Translations under genes and position numbers: made by a program | Part shown: piece after piece, positions 25,275-39,291 of the stretch | How the letters are laid out: every line of letters begins with the position of its first letter | Numbering within the stretch: the stretch's first letter is position 1 | Source: Octopus sinensis | Lineage: Eukaryota | Assembly: GCF_006345805.1 (NCBI RefSeq) | Contig: NC_043018.1 | Span: forward strand, 19,716,001-19,780,000 | DNA: 64,000 nt | Direction of reading: 5' to 3' | Notes under the pieces: model-generated | Seen by the model: the letters and a program-made list of their open reading frames with translations, nothing else | Told to the model about the DNA's origin: nothing | Databases searched by the model: none

Positions 25275-25729
25275 AATATATATATTATATATACATATAT
25301 ACGACGGCTTCTTTCGTTTCGTCTACCCAAATCCACTCACAAGGCTTGGTCGGCCACGGGGCTATAGCAGAAGACGACACCTTGCACAGATGCCAAGCAG
25401 TGGACTGAACCCGGAACCATGTGGTTGGTTAGCAAGCTACTTACCACACAGCCACTCCTGTGATATATATATATACAATCTGATATATATATACATATAC
25501 ATGTATATCAGATTGTAAGTACACACACATACAAGGATATGCGTGCAACCAAAAATAGCATGTTTACAATAGGATTTCGTTAGACATTTGTGATGTAGAT
25601 GGATTAGGCCTGTAGCTAAGCACCAAAGTCACAGAATTACTTTCCCGACGCTGAAGTATCGGTGGACTTCAGCTGGTGCCACATGTGCACGCATGCGTTA
25701 CATGTACATTTGGCATGTGCATATTGGTG

Positions 25730-25761
<32 letters not shown>

Positions 25762-25904
25762 TATATATATAGATATATAAATATAGATATGTATGCCTGT
25801 TTGTGTGTTGGGTGGTGGATGGTTGATTGGCTCTGGATACCAATCAGACTTAATGGGAATTAGACTTATTCCTTGGTGTACAATCGCTAATAAAACAAAC
25901 ACTA

Positions 25905-26328
25905 TGCATGTATGTATATACTCACATGTTTAATAATATATATAATATATATAATATATTATATTTATATATAAGTGTGTATATATATTATATGTATATA
26001 TATATATGTATATATATATATGTATATATATATATGTATATCTATATATATGTGTATATATGTATATTATATATATATGCATATATATATATATGTATAT
26101 ATATTGTATATATAGATGTATATATATATATATATATATTATATGTATATATGTTATATATATTAAATATTATATATATATAATTACATATATATGTATG
26201 TATTGATAAACTATATAAATTGATTATATATATTTATTTATGTAATATATGTTTGTATTTATATAATATTTGTATGTAAGTTATATTATGAATGTAATAA
26301 TTTTATATATGGTATATTGTAAGATAGG

Positions 26329-26369
<41 letters not shown>

Positions 26370-26645
26370 GTATATATTTTATACATATATATATGATATA
26401 TATATATATATAGTATATATATTTATACATATATATTTATATATATGTATATATATATGCTTATATATTTATACACATATATATATATATATGTATATAT
26501 ATTTATACATATGTATATATTTATATATATATACATACATGTATGTGTATATATGTATTATATATATATATATATATACATACATGCACAGACGCACATG
26601 CATATGCGTGCATAAATATATAGATAGACCGATAGATGTACATTA
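25905..26645. repeat. Degenerate (TA)n/(TATG)n tract
   Basis: Directly visible. Confidence 0.95.
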
Positions 26646-26999
26646 ATATATATAATCAATTAGGAAAATCATGTTAAAACAGGAGTTAAACTAAGTGTGA
26701 CGGCTATTAAAGGAATTACAACTGGTAATATATCATCTCCGAGTCAGGCTGGAACATTCCATTCTCTCCGCCTGCGACCACTGCCACCGCCGCCGTCTCT
26801 GCGAGAGTTTTATAGTCTATAATTTAAGTATTCATTATCTTAAGTCATACAATGGGAACTCGCAGCATTTGCCGGATTTAAAGTACACTTTTGAAAATTA
26901 GATTCACTGCTCCATGCTGATCACCAATTAATTTTATTGGCTATCATAACCATCTTCACTTAGTGGGTTGCATGTATGCACAGCAAAGTCTCATTGCAA

Positions 27000-27298
27000 T
27001 CTATACACAGGCAGACACACACACACACACACGCACACACATGCACACACTCTCTCTCTCTCTTTCGCTTGAATGCATACAAGGATATACATTCGTGCAT
27101 AGTCATGCAATGCATGCTTACACATGTTTCAATATTCACATGAATGCATGCATGCATGTATGAATATATATATATATTTCTGTATACATTTATATTAACA
27201 CATATTCATGCATGTATATTATGTATGTATGTATGTATATATATATATACATATGTGTGTGTGTGTGTTTGTGTGTGTGTATGTACTGCATGAATGTG

Positions 27299-27352
<54 letters not shown>

Positions 27353-27404
27353 TTCTGTATACATTATATTAAACACATATTCATGCATGTAATATGTATG
27401 TATG

Positions 27405-27459
<55 letters not shown>

Positions 27460-27513
27460 GTGTGTGTGTTTGTGTGTGTGTATGTACATGATGAATGTGG
27501 TGTGTGTGTGTAT

Positions 27514-27549
<36 letters not shown>

Positions 27550-27572
27550 GATATGAATGAATATGTGTGTGG

Positions 27573-27619
<47 letters not shown>

Positions 27620-27627
27620 TATAATAT

Positions 27628-27659
<32 letters not shown>

Positions 27660-28245
27660 ATATATACTATATGTATTATGCATGAATGTGTGTGTGTATA
27701 TATATATGGATATATATATATATATATGGATATATGTGTATGTATGTATATGCATGAATTTGTGTGAATGTATGTATACACACATGTATATACACACACC
27801 AATATTTAAAATTACAACTACACATTTACATTTGCGATTGTCAACAGATTTACAAACCTTCATACGTGCGGCATACAAACACATGCATATATATATATAC
27901 ATACATATACACATACAAACACGTATATACATACACATACACTTATACGCATACACACAAACAAGCAAATGTATTCTCATTTTATATTGTGAACTCTAAA
28001 AGTACTTTCACACACACACACATATATATATATACATATACACATTCGAAATTACACTAGCACTTTAAAATTAATCACAATCCGTCCACACACACACACA
28101 CATGCACACACACACACATGCATATATGCAAATTTGAAATTGCTGACACAGACACAATGCATGTATACATACATAAACATTAGACATATACTCATATATA
28201 TATATACACACACAGGCATAACACATACACCCATACATATACAAA
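27000..28245. repeat. Mixed CA/TA/TG microsatellite block with a ~180-bp tandem duplication at 27180-27540
   Basis: Directly visible. Confidence 0.9.
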
Positions 28246-29249
28246 CATAAAGTGGTTTGTTGTTTAGCATAGCATAATCTTTTTAGTAGTATATTTTATT
28301 TTATCTTATATTTTGATGTCGTTTTTATTTGTTTTGTTTATATTGTTGTTATGTACTTTAATTAATTTCTTGTAATTTCAATTAATTCAACCAATGCTTG
28401 CATGGAGAGTCGACATTAAGCCGATAATATTGTTGATTATGATGAAGTTGTCATCCGGATGGAATTAAAGTCTGATGTTAATCATGGAAATAACATTAAG
28501 TTTTAGAAACCATTCTTTAAAAGCTTAATTTCAACAAACTTTCTCATTTCATTCCATCTACTTCTTATTAATGCCTCATCACGATGATGACTGGTGTTTC
28601 ATGTCCGAAGAGCAAGAGGAATAGAAGCATGCCTTCAAGTTGCTTTGTAAACTGACTGGTGATGCTGCAGGGCTTTTCTTCCAGCTTGCATTTAGTAGTT
28701 TTAAAGTGGCGGTCAGTCCATGCAATCTGATCCCACTCTTCAGACTGACCAAGATGGCTGTGGTGACCAGCAAGCCGTGGGTTTTACATTGGATTGGCTT
28801 TCTCTTATGTGAATTGCCTCACTGGACTTTCCACAAGGGTGTCAAAATTGGCACCAAGCTGCTTGAGGGATTCCACTCTTTGATTTGCTGTCAAGGTTGA
28901 CACTCCGGCTTTCCCCTTTTCCCATGACACTCACTAGATAGTTAGGGTTTGTGCCCTGGAGTTTCTTCCGTGTCATGCTAACTAACCCATAGCTGGGGCC
29001 CTGACAGTTGTTACCACTCTGGGCCAGAGACGATCTGGGAACAATGGTGGCTAAGAGATGGTTCCAACCCCCTCAAAACTCTGGAACTCCTGAGGCAGCC
29101 CCACTACCAGATGCAGTTTATAATCATACCTAAGACACTGCCTCATCAGAGAGTTAGATATTTTATCCATTGATATCTTGGCCAAGGGTCTTCTACTGTG
29201 GTCCCAGGATGACCAAAGCCTTGTGAATAGATTCAGTGGACAGAAATTT

Positions 29250-30449
29250 ATGTATGTTTGTGTGTGTTTGTGTGTGCAGATTTGTATATTTTATTTTATG
29301 TATGTCTTTTCATGCATATAGCTACATATCTAAACATGATCATATATATTTAAAGGATAAACTTCTGGAAAATTTTACAGGTTTTTACAGTTTCAGTGAT
29401 GGATTGGATTTGTAGTCTTCGAATTAGCTTTTTCCTTTCTGATTCTGAGAAGCCTAATTTCTCAAGACTGGTATTTAGGCAGTGTATTACATATCCCTGT
29501 GCCCCAATAATTACAGGTATAAACCTGAACTTGTCATCTGGATAGAGTAACTGCAGATTTCTCAATAGTTCAGCATAAGTGTTCTCTTTTTCACTGATCT
29601 TCAACTTTATGTTGACATCCTCTGGGTAGCTAATTTCCACAACTGTGCACAGTTTCTCTTCTCTATCCCAAATCATTATATCAGGTCTGTTGTGCTTACA
29701 TTTTATTGAGGTTTTCACAGGGACATTCCACCAGCAATCCTTTTTATTATGAGTAGCTATGGCTTCTACCACACTGTAGGTTCTTATTTCTTTGTTCTCG
29801 GGGTTATCCTTAACATCAGTGGTGTGGAGAGGGGAGGCTGGTATGTATAGGCAACTGCCGGTCTTCCATAAACAACCTTGCCCGGACTTGTGCCTGGGAG
29901 GGTAACTTTCTAGGTGCAATCCCATGGTCAGTCATGACCGAAGAGGGTCTCCTCCTCATCAGATATAGGGGAAACAGTCAAGTCATTGATGGAGATGTTG
30001 CTAGTCTGGATTACAGTTTTACCCCCCTTTTCACAACCATATAACAACATTTGTCCTGACCAAACTCCAACCCTACATCCTTTGAGAATGTTGTAACTAG
30101 GTCAAGGCTATTTTTCATCTCATGCATATTATTTGCATAAGTTTCAAAACATTCACAAAGAAACAGTATGTAATTTTTGTATTTTTGTTTCCTTGTGAAC
30201 CAGTGAGATACCCTTCAGACTTCCTTAACATGAATGACAAGGGGTTTACAGAAAGTATAAACAACATCACAGAGAGGCTGTCCCCTTGGAATATACCTTT
30301 GCGATACTGTATTCTATCGGGGATAATACAGTACTGTTTAATTTCAAGATAGTGGTCTACGATGAAGTCAGGCCAGCTATGGCTTTGACTATGCTCACTG
30401 GAACTTTAGCAAGTTGAAGGGCTTCTAGCATCCATGAGTGGTGAACAGA
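29250..30449 (-). mobile_element. R4/Dong-clade non-LTR retrotransposon: RT fragment plus REL endonuclease, internally deleted
   Basis: RT motifs on -: SVHHSWMLEAL, KGIFQGDSLSVMLFILSVNPLSF, FFVNVLKL (decayed FxDD), FSKDVGLEFGQDKC. Endonuclease: HNRPDIMIWD...VVEISYP...K.SEKENTY (29350-29810). Confidence 0.92.
29815..29947 (-). mobile_element. SINE-like family B at the RT/endonuclease deletion junction
   Basis: Reverse complement of 10040-10180. Confidence 0.8.
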
Positions 30450-31884
30450 GCCCCGGGCCGACCAAAGCCTTGTAAGTGGATTTGGTTGACGGAAACTGAA
30501 AGAAGCCCGTCGTATGTGTGTGTGTGTGTGTGTATGTTTGTATGTCTGTGTTTGTCCCTCCACCATCGATTGACAACCGATGCTGGTGTGTTTACGTCCC
30601 TGTAACTTAGCAGTTTGGCAAGAGAGACTGATAGAACTAGGTTTACAAAGAATAGTACTAGGCTTACAAAGAATAAGTCCTGGGGTCGATTTGCTCGACT
30701 AAAGGTGGTGCTCCAGCATGGCTACAGTCACATGACTGAAACAAGTGAAAGAGTGTATGTATGTATGTATGTATGTATGTTCGTACATACATTTGATTGT
30801 TTGTTTGTTCATGCACCTTGGTAGCAAGGTTGTGAAGGAAAGCGTCGTGTGTTAACCGTTATCCTTTAAATATTAAGAATGTATGTCTGTAAGTAAAGAC
30901 TAGATTAAGATTTTTAGAGACGACAGAATGTTGTCAATTTGTTAAGTTTTCCAGCTGTGGTCATCCCGTGTGTTAGGATGTATGATAATATTATAATATA
31001 ATTTTAGAAGAAACGGTTACAAGATCATATACAAGAACATCATCTCAGAGGAATACAGAGACGAAAGCAGAAGCCATAGTTTACTTACTCTAAGAAGATG
31101 AACAAATATATAAAATGAAATAAAAGGAAAAATGAAAAAGACTATAGAACTATCAACGTCAACAAATTGAATTGGAACTAACCAATATTTAGAATGGAAA
31201 TTTAATTAACCTTGTTCGTAGATTGGAATAACAATGTAAGTTATGTAAGCTATCTAGACATCTGGATATATGGATTAACAGATTATAGTCATAAGTCTGT
31301 GAGTTAGGAGTTTGGTTTTATTCTCCATCCAATGAGAGAGTAATAGGTGTGTGTTTTTTTTTTTTGGGTTTTTGATATTTGGTTTTGTTTTTTCTTTCTT
31401 TTTTTTTTGTTTGGTAGGTTAGCAGGCTAATGGAATATATTCTCTGCAAATCTGTGCTTCATTTACAAAGAATTTCTATCAGAAATAGAGTTTTTAGTTG
31501 TCATGGCGAGCAGTTCTTCCTGATGAGAATAATATCTCGGTCAACAGCTAACATGGCAGGAGTCTCACACACACACACGTGCACACACATACATGCACTG
31601 CTCACATACATGCATTTGTAGAAAGCACACACACTACATATATCATACGCATCATACTTATACACCAGACACACAAATACTCACTACATACATATATTAT
31701 ACACACAGAAACACACACCATATAGATACACAATATGTGCATACATACATACATATGTATGTATGTACATATGCACATGTATACATACAAACATACATTC
31801 ATACATCTGCGCCTACATGCATGCATGCATACATACATACATACATACATCCATACATACATACATACATACATACATACATAC

Positions 31885-31994
31885 AAGAATACTCTGTTCT
31901 TGATGTTGAAATTCCAATGATGGAGTCTTGGATCTAGGTTAGAAACCAGTTCTTTCTCTGTTGGCAAGAAATCTTGAAATAAACTGAATAATAA
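31885..31994 (+). mobile_element. R4/Dong 3' UTR end embedded in (CATA)n
   Basis: Same 3' UTR as 5690-5800 and 32265-32364. Confidence 0.85.
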
Positions 31995-32075
31995 CATACA
32001 TACATACATACATACATACATACATACATACATACATACATACATACATACATACATACATACGTACGTATGTAT

Positions 32076-32363
32076 GGAGAAAGCTAATTCGAAGACTAGA
32101 GATCCAATCCATCACTGGAACTGTAAAAATATGTAGAAATTTCCAGAAGTTTATCATTTAAACATATATATGAGTATGTCTATATATGCAACTATATGTA
32201 TGAGAATACATGCATAAAACATGCAAATCTGCACATACATACATGCAAACATACAAATAAAAACACCCTGTTGTTGATGTTGAAATTCCAATGAAGGAGC
32301 CTTGGATCTAGATTAGAAACCAGTTCTTTATCAGCAAGAAATCTTGAAATAAACTGAATAATG

Positions 32364-32364
<1 letters not shown>
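32076..32364 (+). mobile_element. R4/Dong 3' end
   Basis: RKLIRRLEIQSITGTVKICRNFQKFII* plus 3' UTR. Confidence 0.88.
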
Positions 32365-32394
<30 letters not shown>

Positions 32395-33404
32395 TTATCT
32401 CTGTTGAATTTTTCAAACTGTTTATATCTGCCTTCTGCTTTACTTTTCTTGGAAAACATCCAAAAAGAAACGTTATTTGTGAAATTTGGATTAATAATTT
32501 CAGGAAATGTAATTTTGAATAGTCAGCGAATTGGTCGAAATCTTGTCTAATTAGGCCTAAATGAATAATTAGCCATATTTATGATGTCATAGCTTTGAAA
32601 CTGAGGTGATAATCAGCTTCAGATTACACAAATTAATAGTGTTCATTTGATGACATTTGCCTATTTCTTTGAAGTCCTTGGATAGGAAAGTTTTTTTTTT
32701 TCTTTGGCAATTTTTAAAATATTCATGTAAAGCCTATTTTGTTGCATGTAACAAACGGTCGATTCTGCGGTGTTTTCAAACCTAGCTAAATCCAAAAGTA
32801 CCAGCCACAGGGACTTGAGTTTTGGTACATTTGTAGTAGGTATAGAACTAAATAAATAAATTTTGGGACATGATGTTATTTCAGTAAAATTTTAATAGGC
32901 TATTAAAAATGGTGGAGTTTAATAGCCTATTTAAGAGGCCATTAAAAATGGTGGAGTTTAATAGCCTATTTAATAGGCTATTTAAAATGGTGGAGTTTCA
33001 GATCAGGATGCCCACATGAATTGGATTTTTTCTGTTTTGACTGGGATTTTTCCAATTTTTTTTTTCCACGTCCTTGGAAATAATGGGAAGAAGCTTTTAT
33101 GAAAAAATATTCTTGAAAATTTATGGGTTTTTTTTTCACACCCTATGCCCAAGTTCTCTTCATTACTACCATTTTTGACACAAATTAAATTATAGTGCTC
33201 CAGTGCATTGAACTAGAACGAGGGCTATTGCTAGACAGTAAAAAAAAGCAAAAAACAAAAACAGGACGAGCATTGTGGATATGTGGAAATATGAGGGTGA
33301 TTGGAGGAATCTCACATGATATGTATGTGTCAGATTTGGATCAAAAGAATATGAGAAGAAAGTTCACATCCAGAACTCTCAAATGATATGTAATTGTCCA
33401 CAAT

Positions 33405-33640
33405 TAAGGCGGCGAGCTGGCAGAAATGTTAGCACACCGGGTGAAATGCGTAGCTGTATTTCGTCTGTCGTTAACGTTCCGAGTTCAATTTCCGCCGAAG
33501 TCGACTTTGCCTTTCATCCTTTTGCGGTCGATGAATTAAGTACCAGTTACGCACTGGGGTCGATGTAATCGACTTAATCCCTTTGTCAGTCCTTGTTTGT
33601 CCCCTCTGTGTTTAGCCCCTTGTGGGTAGTAAAGATATAT
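33405..33640 (+). mobile_element. tRNA-derived SINE family C with TSD
   Basis: Copies at 45133, 54764 and 63680; flanked by direct repeat TAATTGTCCACA. Confidence 0.88.
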
Positions 33641-33805
33641 ATAATTGTCCACAGAGAAAATGTATTTCAATATGAAAATGATGAAACACAAAGTGGGTTT
33701 AGCCTGGTCAAACTGTCACCCATTTTACAGTGCTCTACAGAGATACCTAATATATATATATATATATAATATATATATATATACATACATACATACAAAC
33801 GTACA

Positions 33806-33841
<36 letters not shown>

Positions 33842-34149
33842 TATATATCTAAAGCCCATTGCGTGTGCATATATATATATGGCTTCCATAAAATGCACCA
33901 ATCCGACCGTGGCCGATGCCAGCCTCGCCTGGCACCAGTGCAGGTGGCACATAAAAAGCACCCACTACACTCATGGAGTGGTTGGCGTTAGGAAGGGCAT
34001 CCAGCTGTAGAAACGTTGCCAGATAAGACTGGAGCCTGGTGCAGCCTTCTGGCTTCCCAGATCCCCAGTTGAACCATCCAACCCATGCTAGCATGGAGAA
34101 CGGACGTTAAACGATGATGATGATGATGATGATATATATATATATTTAT

Positions 34150-34930
34150 ATATATGAATAATGTGGGAAAAAGAATTTCCAAATCGATCAGGTACACACC
34201 CTTTAGCATTCCATGCATTTTAATATGGAGAATTCATACCGTGTATTCCACATCAACATATTGTGCAGTGGGGGTCATGATTATAATATATTTATACATA
34301 TTTATGTAGAAATATACAAAATATATAATAATAGAAAATTAATAATAGTTCAGTTATTGGGATTTCAATCAATAGATTTGTGGGTATTCCATTTCAGATG
34401 ATGCAAACAGAACATAGCGAGTATTTATGATGGATGACTTGTGGTATTTATATGTTATTTCTTGATGTGCATATTGGTTGATCCGAATCAACGGAACAGC
34501 CTGCTCGTGAAATTAACGTGTAAGTGGCTGAGCACTCCACAGACACGTGCACCCTTAACGTAGTTCTCGGGGATATTCAGCTTGACACAGAGAGTAACCA
34601 GGCCGGCCCTTTGAAATACAGGTACAACAGAAACAGGAAGTAAGAGTGAGAGAAAGTTGTGGTGAAAGAGTACAGCGGGGATCACCACCATCCCCTGCCG
34701 GAGCCTCGTGGAGCTTTTAGGTGTTTTCGCTCAATAAGCACTCACAACGCCCGGTCTGGGAATCAAAACCACAATCCTATGACCGCGAGTCCGCTGCCCT
34801 AACCACTGGGCCATTGCGCCTCCACTGATGTACATATAAATGCCACGAGTTTTCCATCATAAATACTTGTTATGTTCTTTTTGCATTACTTGAAATGGAA
34901 TACCCACAAACCTATTGATTGAAATCCCAA
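34150..34930. mobile_element. Fold-back element (tail plus ~100-bp inverted arms) with a SINE in its loop
   Basis: Arms 34357-34455 and 34832-34930; TA-rich tracts on both flanks. Confidence 0.65.
34476..34824 (-). mobile_element. tRNA-derived SINE family E
   Basis: Head GGAGGCGCAATGGCCCAGTGGTTAGGGCAGCGGACTCGCGG on -; related to 50854 and 59706. Confidence 0.85.
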
Positions 34931-34949
34931 TTAGGGGACTATATATCAT

Positions 34950-35500
34950 CATCATCATCATCATCATCATTCTTTAACGTCCGCTTTCCATGCTAGCATG
35001 GGTGGACGATTTTGACTGAGGGCTGGTGAACCAGATGGCTGCACCAGGCTCCAATCTTGATTTGGCAGAGTTTCTACAGCTGGGTGCCCTTCCTAACGCC
35101 AACCATTCCGAGAGTGTAGTGGGTGCTTTTTACGTACCAGCAGCACGGGGGCCAGTCAGGTGGTACTGGCAATGACCTCGCTCGAATCTTTTTACACATG
35201 CCACCGGCACAGGTGCCAGTAAGGCGACGTTGGTAACGATCACGCTCGAATGGTGCCCTTTTACATGCCACTGGCATGGAAGCCAGTTGGCTGCTCTGGC
35301 AACGATCATACTTGGATGGTGCTCTTGGCACCCTACTAGCATGGGCACAAATGCCAGTAAGGCAACGCTGGTAACGATCATGCTCGAATGGTGCCGTTTA
35401 AAGTGCCACTGGCACAGGAGCCGGTTAGACATTATGTCAATGATCATGCTCGTATGGACGCCAGTCATCAAATTTGATTTTGATTTTGATTTTGCTTTTA
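34950..35500 (-). mobile_element. Repeat family D, long variant
   Basis: Reverse complement of the family D tail; homologous to 41172-41740. Confidence 0.8.
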
Positions 35501-35789
35501 ATTTTTCGATTTTGCTTTTGATTGATTTAAATATATATATATATATATATCATTCATCATTAGGCAGTTATGGTATATTTTGGTTTGGTGCCAACTCTTC
35601 ACCAAATATTGTTGCTTAAGTGAAATAGTCAGTATGAAACCTATGGTAACATTCTCACTAGTTATATAACATGGACCTGTAATATCCTGTTTGACAATAT
35701 ATAAATATATAACTCACTTTATTACTTATATTGGGTGTACTTTTACTTCTGACTTATGGACAACAAATTGATGATTTATATACGTATAT

Positions 35790-35822
<33 letters not shown>

Positions 35823-36224
35823 ACATATGTGCATATAATAGAAACAAATTAACTGTATTGTAGAATTTTTATCTGTAGGTAGTTAAAATGTAAACCATCC
35901 TTTCTTCTATAGGTACAAAGCCTGAAATTTTGGGCCTAAGAGCTTGTCGATACCATTGACCCCAGTGCTGTACCGATACTTATTTTATCAATCCCAAAAG
36001 GATGAAATGCAAAGTCAACTCCAGCTGAGTTTGAACTCAGAACATTAAGACACACAAAATGTCACAAGCATTTTGTCCGACATACTAACAGTTCTGCCAG
36101 CTCATTGCCTTTGTTAAGTTGTAAACAATGAAAATGAATTATTTATATTGCAGGATTTTTATCTGCAGATGCTGTGTGTGTGTGTTTGTACTCTGTGACT
36201 TTTTAGCTCAAACAAGCTATTTAT

Positions 36225-36550
36225 CTGTATTTGGCTTTGGCTTCCGTGCCGGTGGCACGTAAAAAGCACCATCCGAATCGTGGCCGATGCCAGCGCCGCC
36301 TTGGCTGCTTCCGTGCCAGTGGCACGTTAAAAGCACCAACCGATCGTGGCCGATGCCAGACCCCCCTGGCACCTGTGCAGGTGGCACGTAAAAAGCACCC
36401 ACTACACTCGCGGAGTGGGCATCCAGCTGTAGAAACACTGCCAGATCAGACTGGAGCCTGGTGCAGCCCTGGCTTCCCAGACCCCGGTCGAACCGTCCAA
36501 CCCGTGCTAGCGCGGAAAACAGACGTTAAATGATGATGATGATGATGATG
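36225..36550 (+). mobile_element. Repeat family D
   Basis: See 22171. Confidence 0.85.
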
Positions 36551-36559
36551 GATGAAACT

Positions 36560-37230
36560 TAATGCCACAAGGGCAAAATCCTTTGGGTGGGCAATGATGT
36601 CACCCTTCCTGCACAGGCATGAACATTTTTGTTGTGATAGACCTTGTCAGTTCCTGGCTGTTATGCCTTAAGTACAGAAATATAGTGTGTGCTTGCTGGA
36701 TTTTTGTTTTCACACAAGATAACCAAACACATCGTGCAAAGATATTACATCAAGTTTTGCCAAAAAGTTTGGTAGTTCCAAAGCTCAAAATCATCCTGAA
36801 GATTCAGCAGAGCTTTGATGTTGATGCCATGGACAAAACTCAGATCAAGGAGTGGTGCGACCACTTCAGATATGATCAAACCTCAGTGGAGAGTGAGGCA
36901 TGCTCAGGCAGACCATCCACAAACTAAAATGAGGAGCCGATTGAGAAAGTTTGGTAAATAGTCATGGAAGACCATCGTGTAACAATCCAGGAAATTGGTC
37001 ACAAAGTGGGGATCAGTACAAGATCAATGTGTTCCATTTTAATGGAGGATTTGTGTACATGGAGAGTGTTGGTGAAATATGAAGTTGGATACTTTTGGAA
37101 TGCATCTTGTAATCTAAGCTTTTCTGGTCAAGAACAACGCACCATTTGTTCGTCAGGCTCCCTACTCTCCTGACTAGGTACCTTCAGACTCCTGGCTCTT
37201 CTCCAAGCTTAAAACCACACTGACAGGACA
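36560..37230 (+). pseudogene. Degenerate, internally deleted mariner transposase
   Basis: KIQQSFDVDAMDKTQIKEW...SVESEACSGRPST...MEDHRVTIQEI..KVGIS...SIL.EDL (HTH region), then a PYSPD-like motif and WLFSKLK. Confidence 0.85.
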
Positions 37231-39291
37231 GGGTCACAATTTGAGTCATAAGAGTCTTCTGGTTTGTCAACTTCCGTCAAACTGTTGGACCCATGCCAGC
37301 ATGGAAAACAGACGTTAAATGACGACGACGATGGTGATGTGTGTTTGTATGTAAATGTTACAGTAATGTCATTGCTAATTTAAAGTGCATTTGAAAACGA
37401 CAATGGAACATTTTCTCATTGTCTGACTATTTACTGAGAGTAGAGTCAACTTTATTATTGGGAAGGTCAACTTGACTGAGACTTCATAATATGTTCACAC
37501 ACACACAGACTCACACACACACACACACAGACTCACACACACACACACACACGAATAGGATATTTTATGGCCTGGTCATGTTGATTAATAAGTGCCATTC
37601 TGCTGTAAATTATTGGTGAAGTGCCATGTGGAATCACCTATCAATTGTGAAATATTCTTCAGTGAAACAGTTCGTCATCTCAATTAATTGCTTCCTATAC
37701 AAATGAGAATTGGCATTATATTTCAACTGATAAAATATTACTGCTGTATATACACCATAAATAAACATATAACAATCGATTCTACATTGAAGGAATCACC
37801 AAAAATTACCCTCATTATTCCAAGAAATAATTTTCAAAAGACTCAGGTCTAATTTCTGTTTTTTTTGGGGGGTTTTTTTTTGGGTTTTTTTTTTGTTTTT
37901 CATCATCTAATTATTCATTATCAATTTTAAACGAGACTTCTTGCCTACTTCTTAATTATTCTTTAAAATTTCTTTCCATTCTTTTTTTTGCTTCGTTACT
38001 TATTTCTAATTATTTTTCTTGATAGAAACATACACACACACAAAAAAAGTAATTAATTGCTTGAGTTTGTCTTAGCTTGTTTCTTTCTGATGTTGGTGGC
38101 GTTGTTGTTTCATTTTCTCAGATCTCAGTATCGAAGTGCGATATAATCAAATATATATTTATAACCACCAGACTCATTTGAAAATTAGCTGAAGATAGTT
38201 AACATTTCTTCTTTGGAAATACAAATGTGATGCATTTAGATATTATTCTACAATTTTAAACATTTAAAATCAATGTTGGATATTTAAGTTTTCTTTCCTC
38301 TCTTCTTTATTTCATTTCATTTCATTTCATTTCTTCTTTATGTATTTATTTCCAAGTAACTCCGTTTATGAATTATGTTCGTCTTTTGATTTGCTGTTTG
38401 ATTTTAAAAACTGGTTTGAATAGAAGCAGTTCTCCGTGATATTTTCCACCCTCTGAAATAAAAAATTTTCTTTTTTACATCTGTTTGTTTTACAGCAGTT
38501 TATTCATCCATAGCTTTGCAGTTTTCAAGAATTTTTCTATATGTTATCAATATTTCATACAAAACACCCACAGAAAAAAAAAAAAAAAGTGAAAAAACGC
38601 AAAACAAAACAAAAAAAAAAGCATGAAATTTAACACTTTGGTCATTCCACAGACACCATAGAAAGTTGTAGTTTCTGTAAATGTCAGCAGATTTTTACTG
38701 GTAAAGTGTAAGAATCAAGTAAACATAACACAATGAAGGAAGACAATTTATTGCTCCGGTTTCCTTTTTGTGCTTCTGTTTAGTAGGACTGACAAAAAAC
38801 ATTGATCACTCATAAACTATCCGTCAATGACACTAGATTTTATTGCTTTCTTTAAAAAAAGAAACCGCACACATTTATCATAAAACTGAAGGAAAGCAAA
38901 TAAATACATCTTTACATAATAAGACTTATGCTTCAATATCAACAAACCAAACAACACAAATCTTCCATAAATATAATTACTCTATAATAATGTTTTACCA
39001 TTATCTGAATATCAATAGTTATATTAGAATTATTGATCAGTGACGGACCACTAAACATAAAGGCATTAGTTCAAATCTTTCAATAGATATTGTTATGTTT
39101 ATAAGGCATTTAAAATGCAGGGTCATTAGTGTGTTGGACAGATTGCTTTATGGTAATCATTTTGACTGTCTACACCAATGATTCTTAACCATTTTCTTCC
39201 TATGGACTCCTTTGATTGCTATTTTATGGTACTGGAACTCCATAACTACTTGATAATTTTTTTTTAGACCCATTATACTTTTATAATTAAA

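Noticed and set aside
31200-31310. VSYLDIWIY peptide reminiscent of a Penelope RT motif
   Set aside because: Too short and surrounded by stops.
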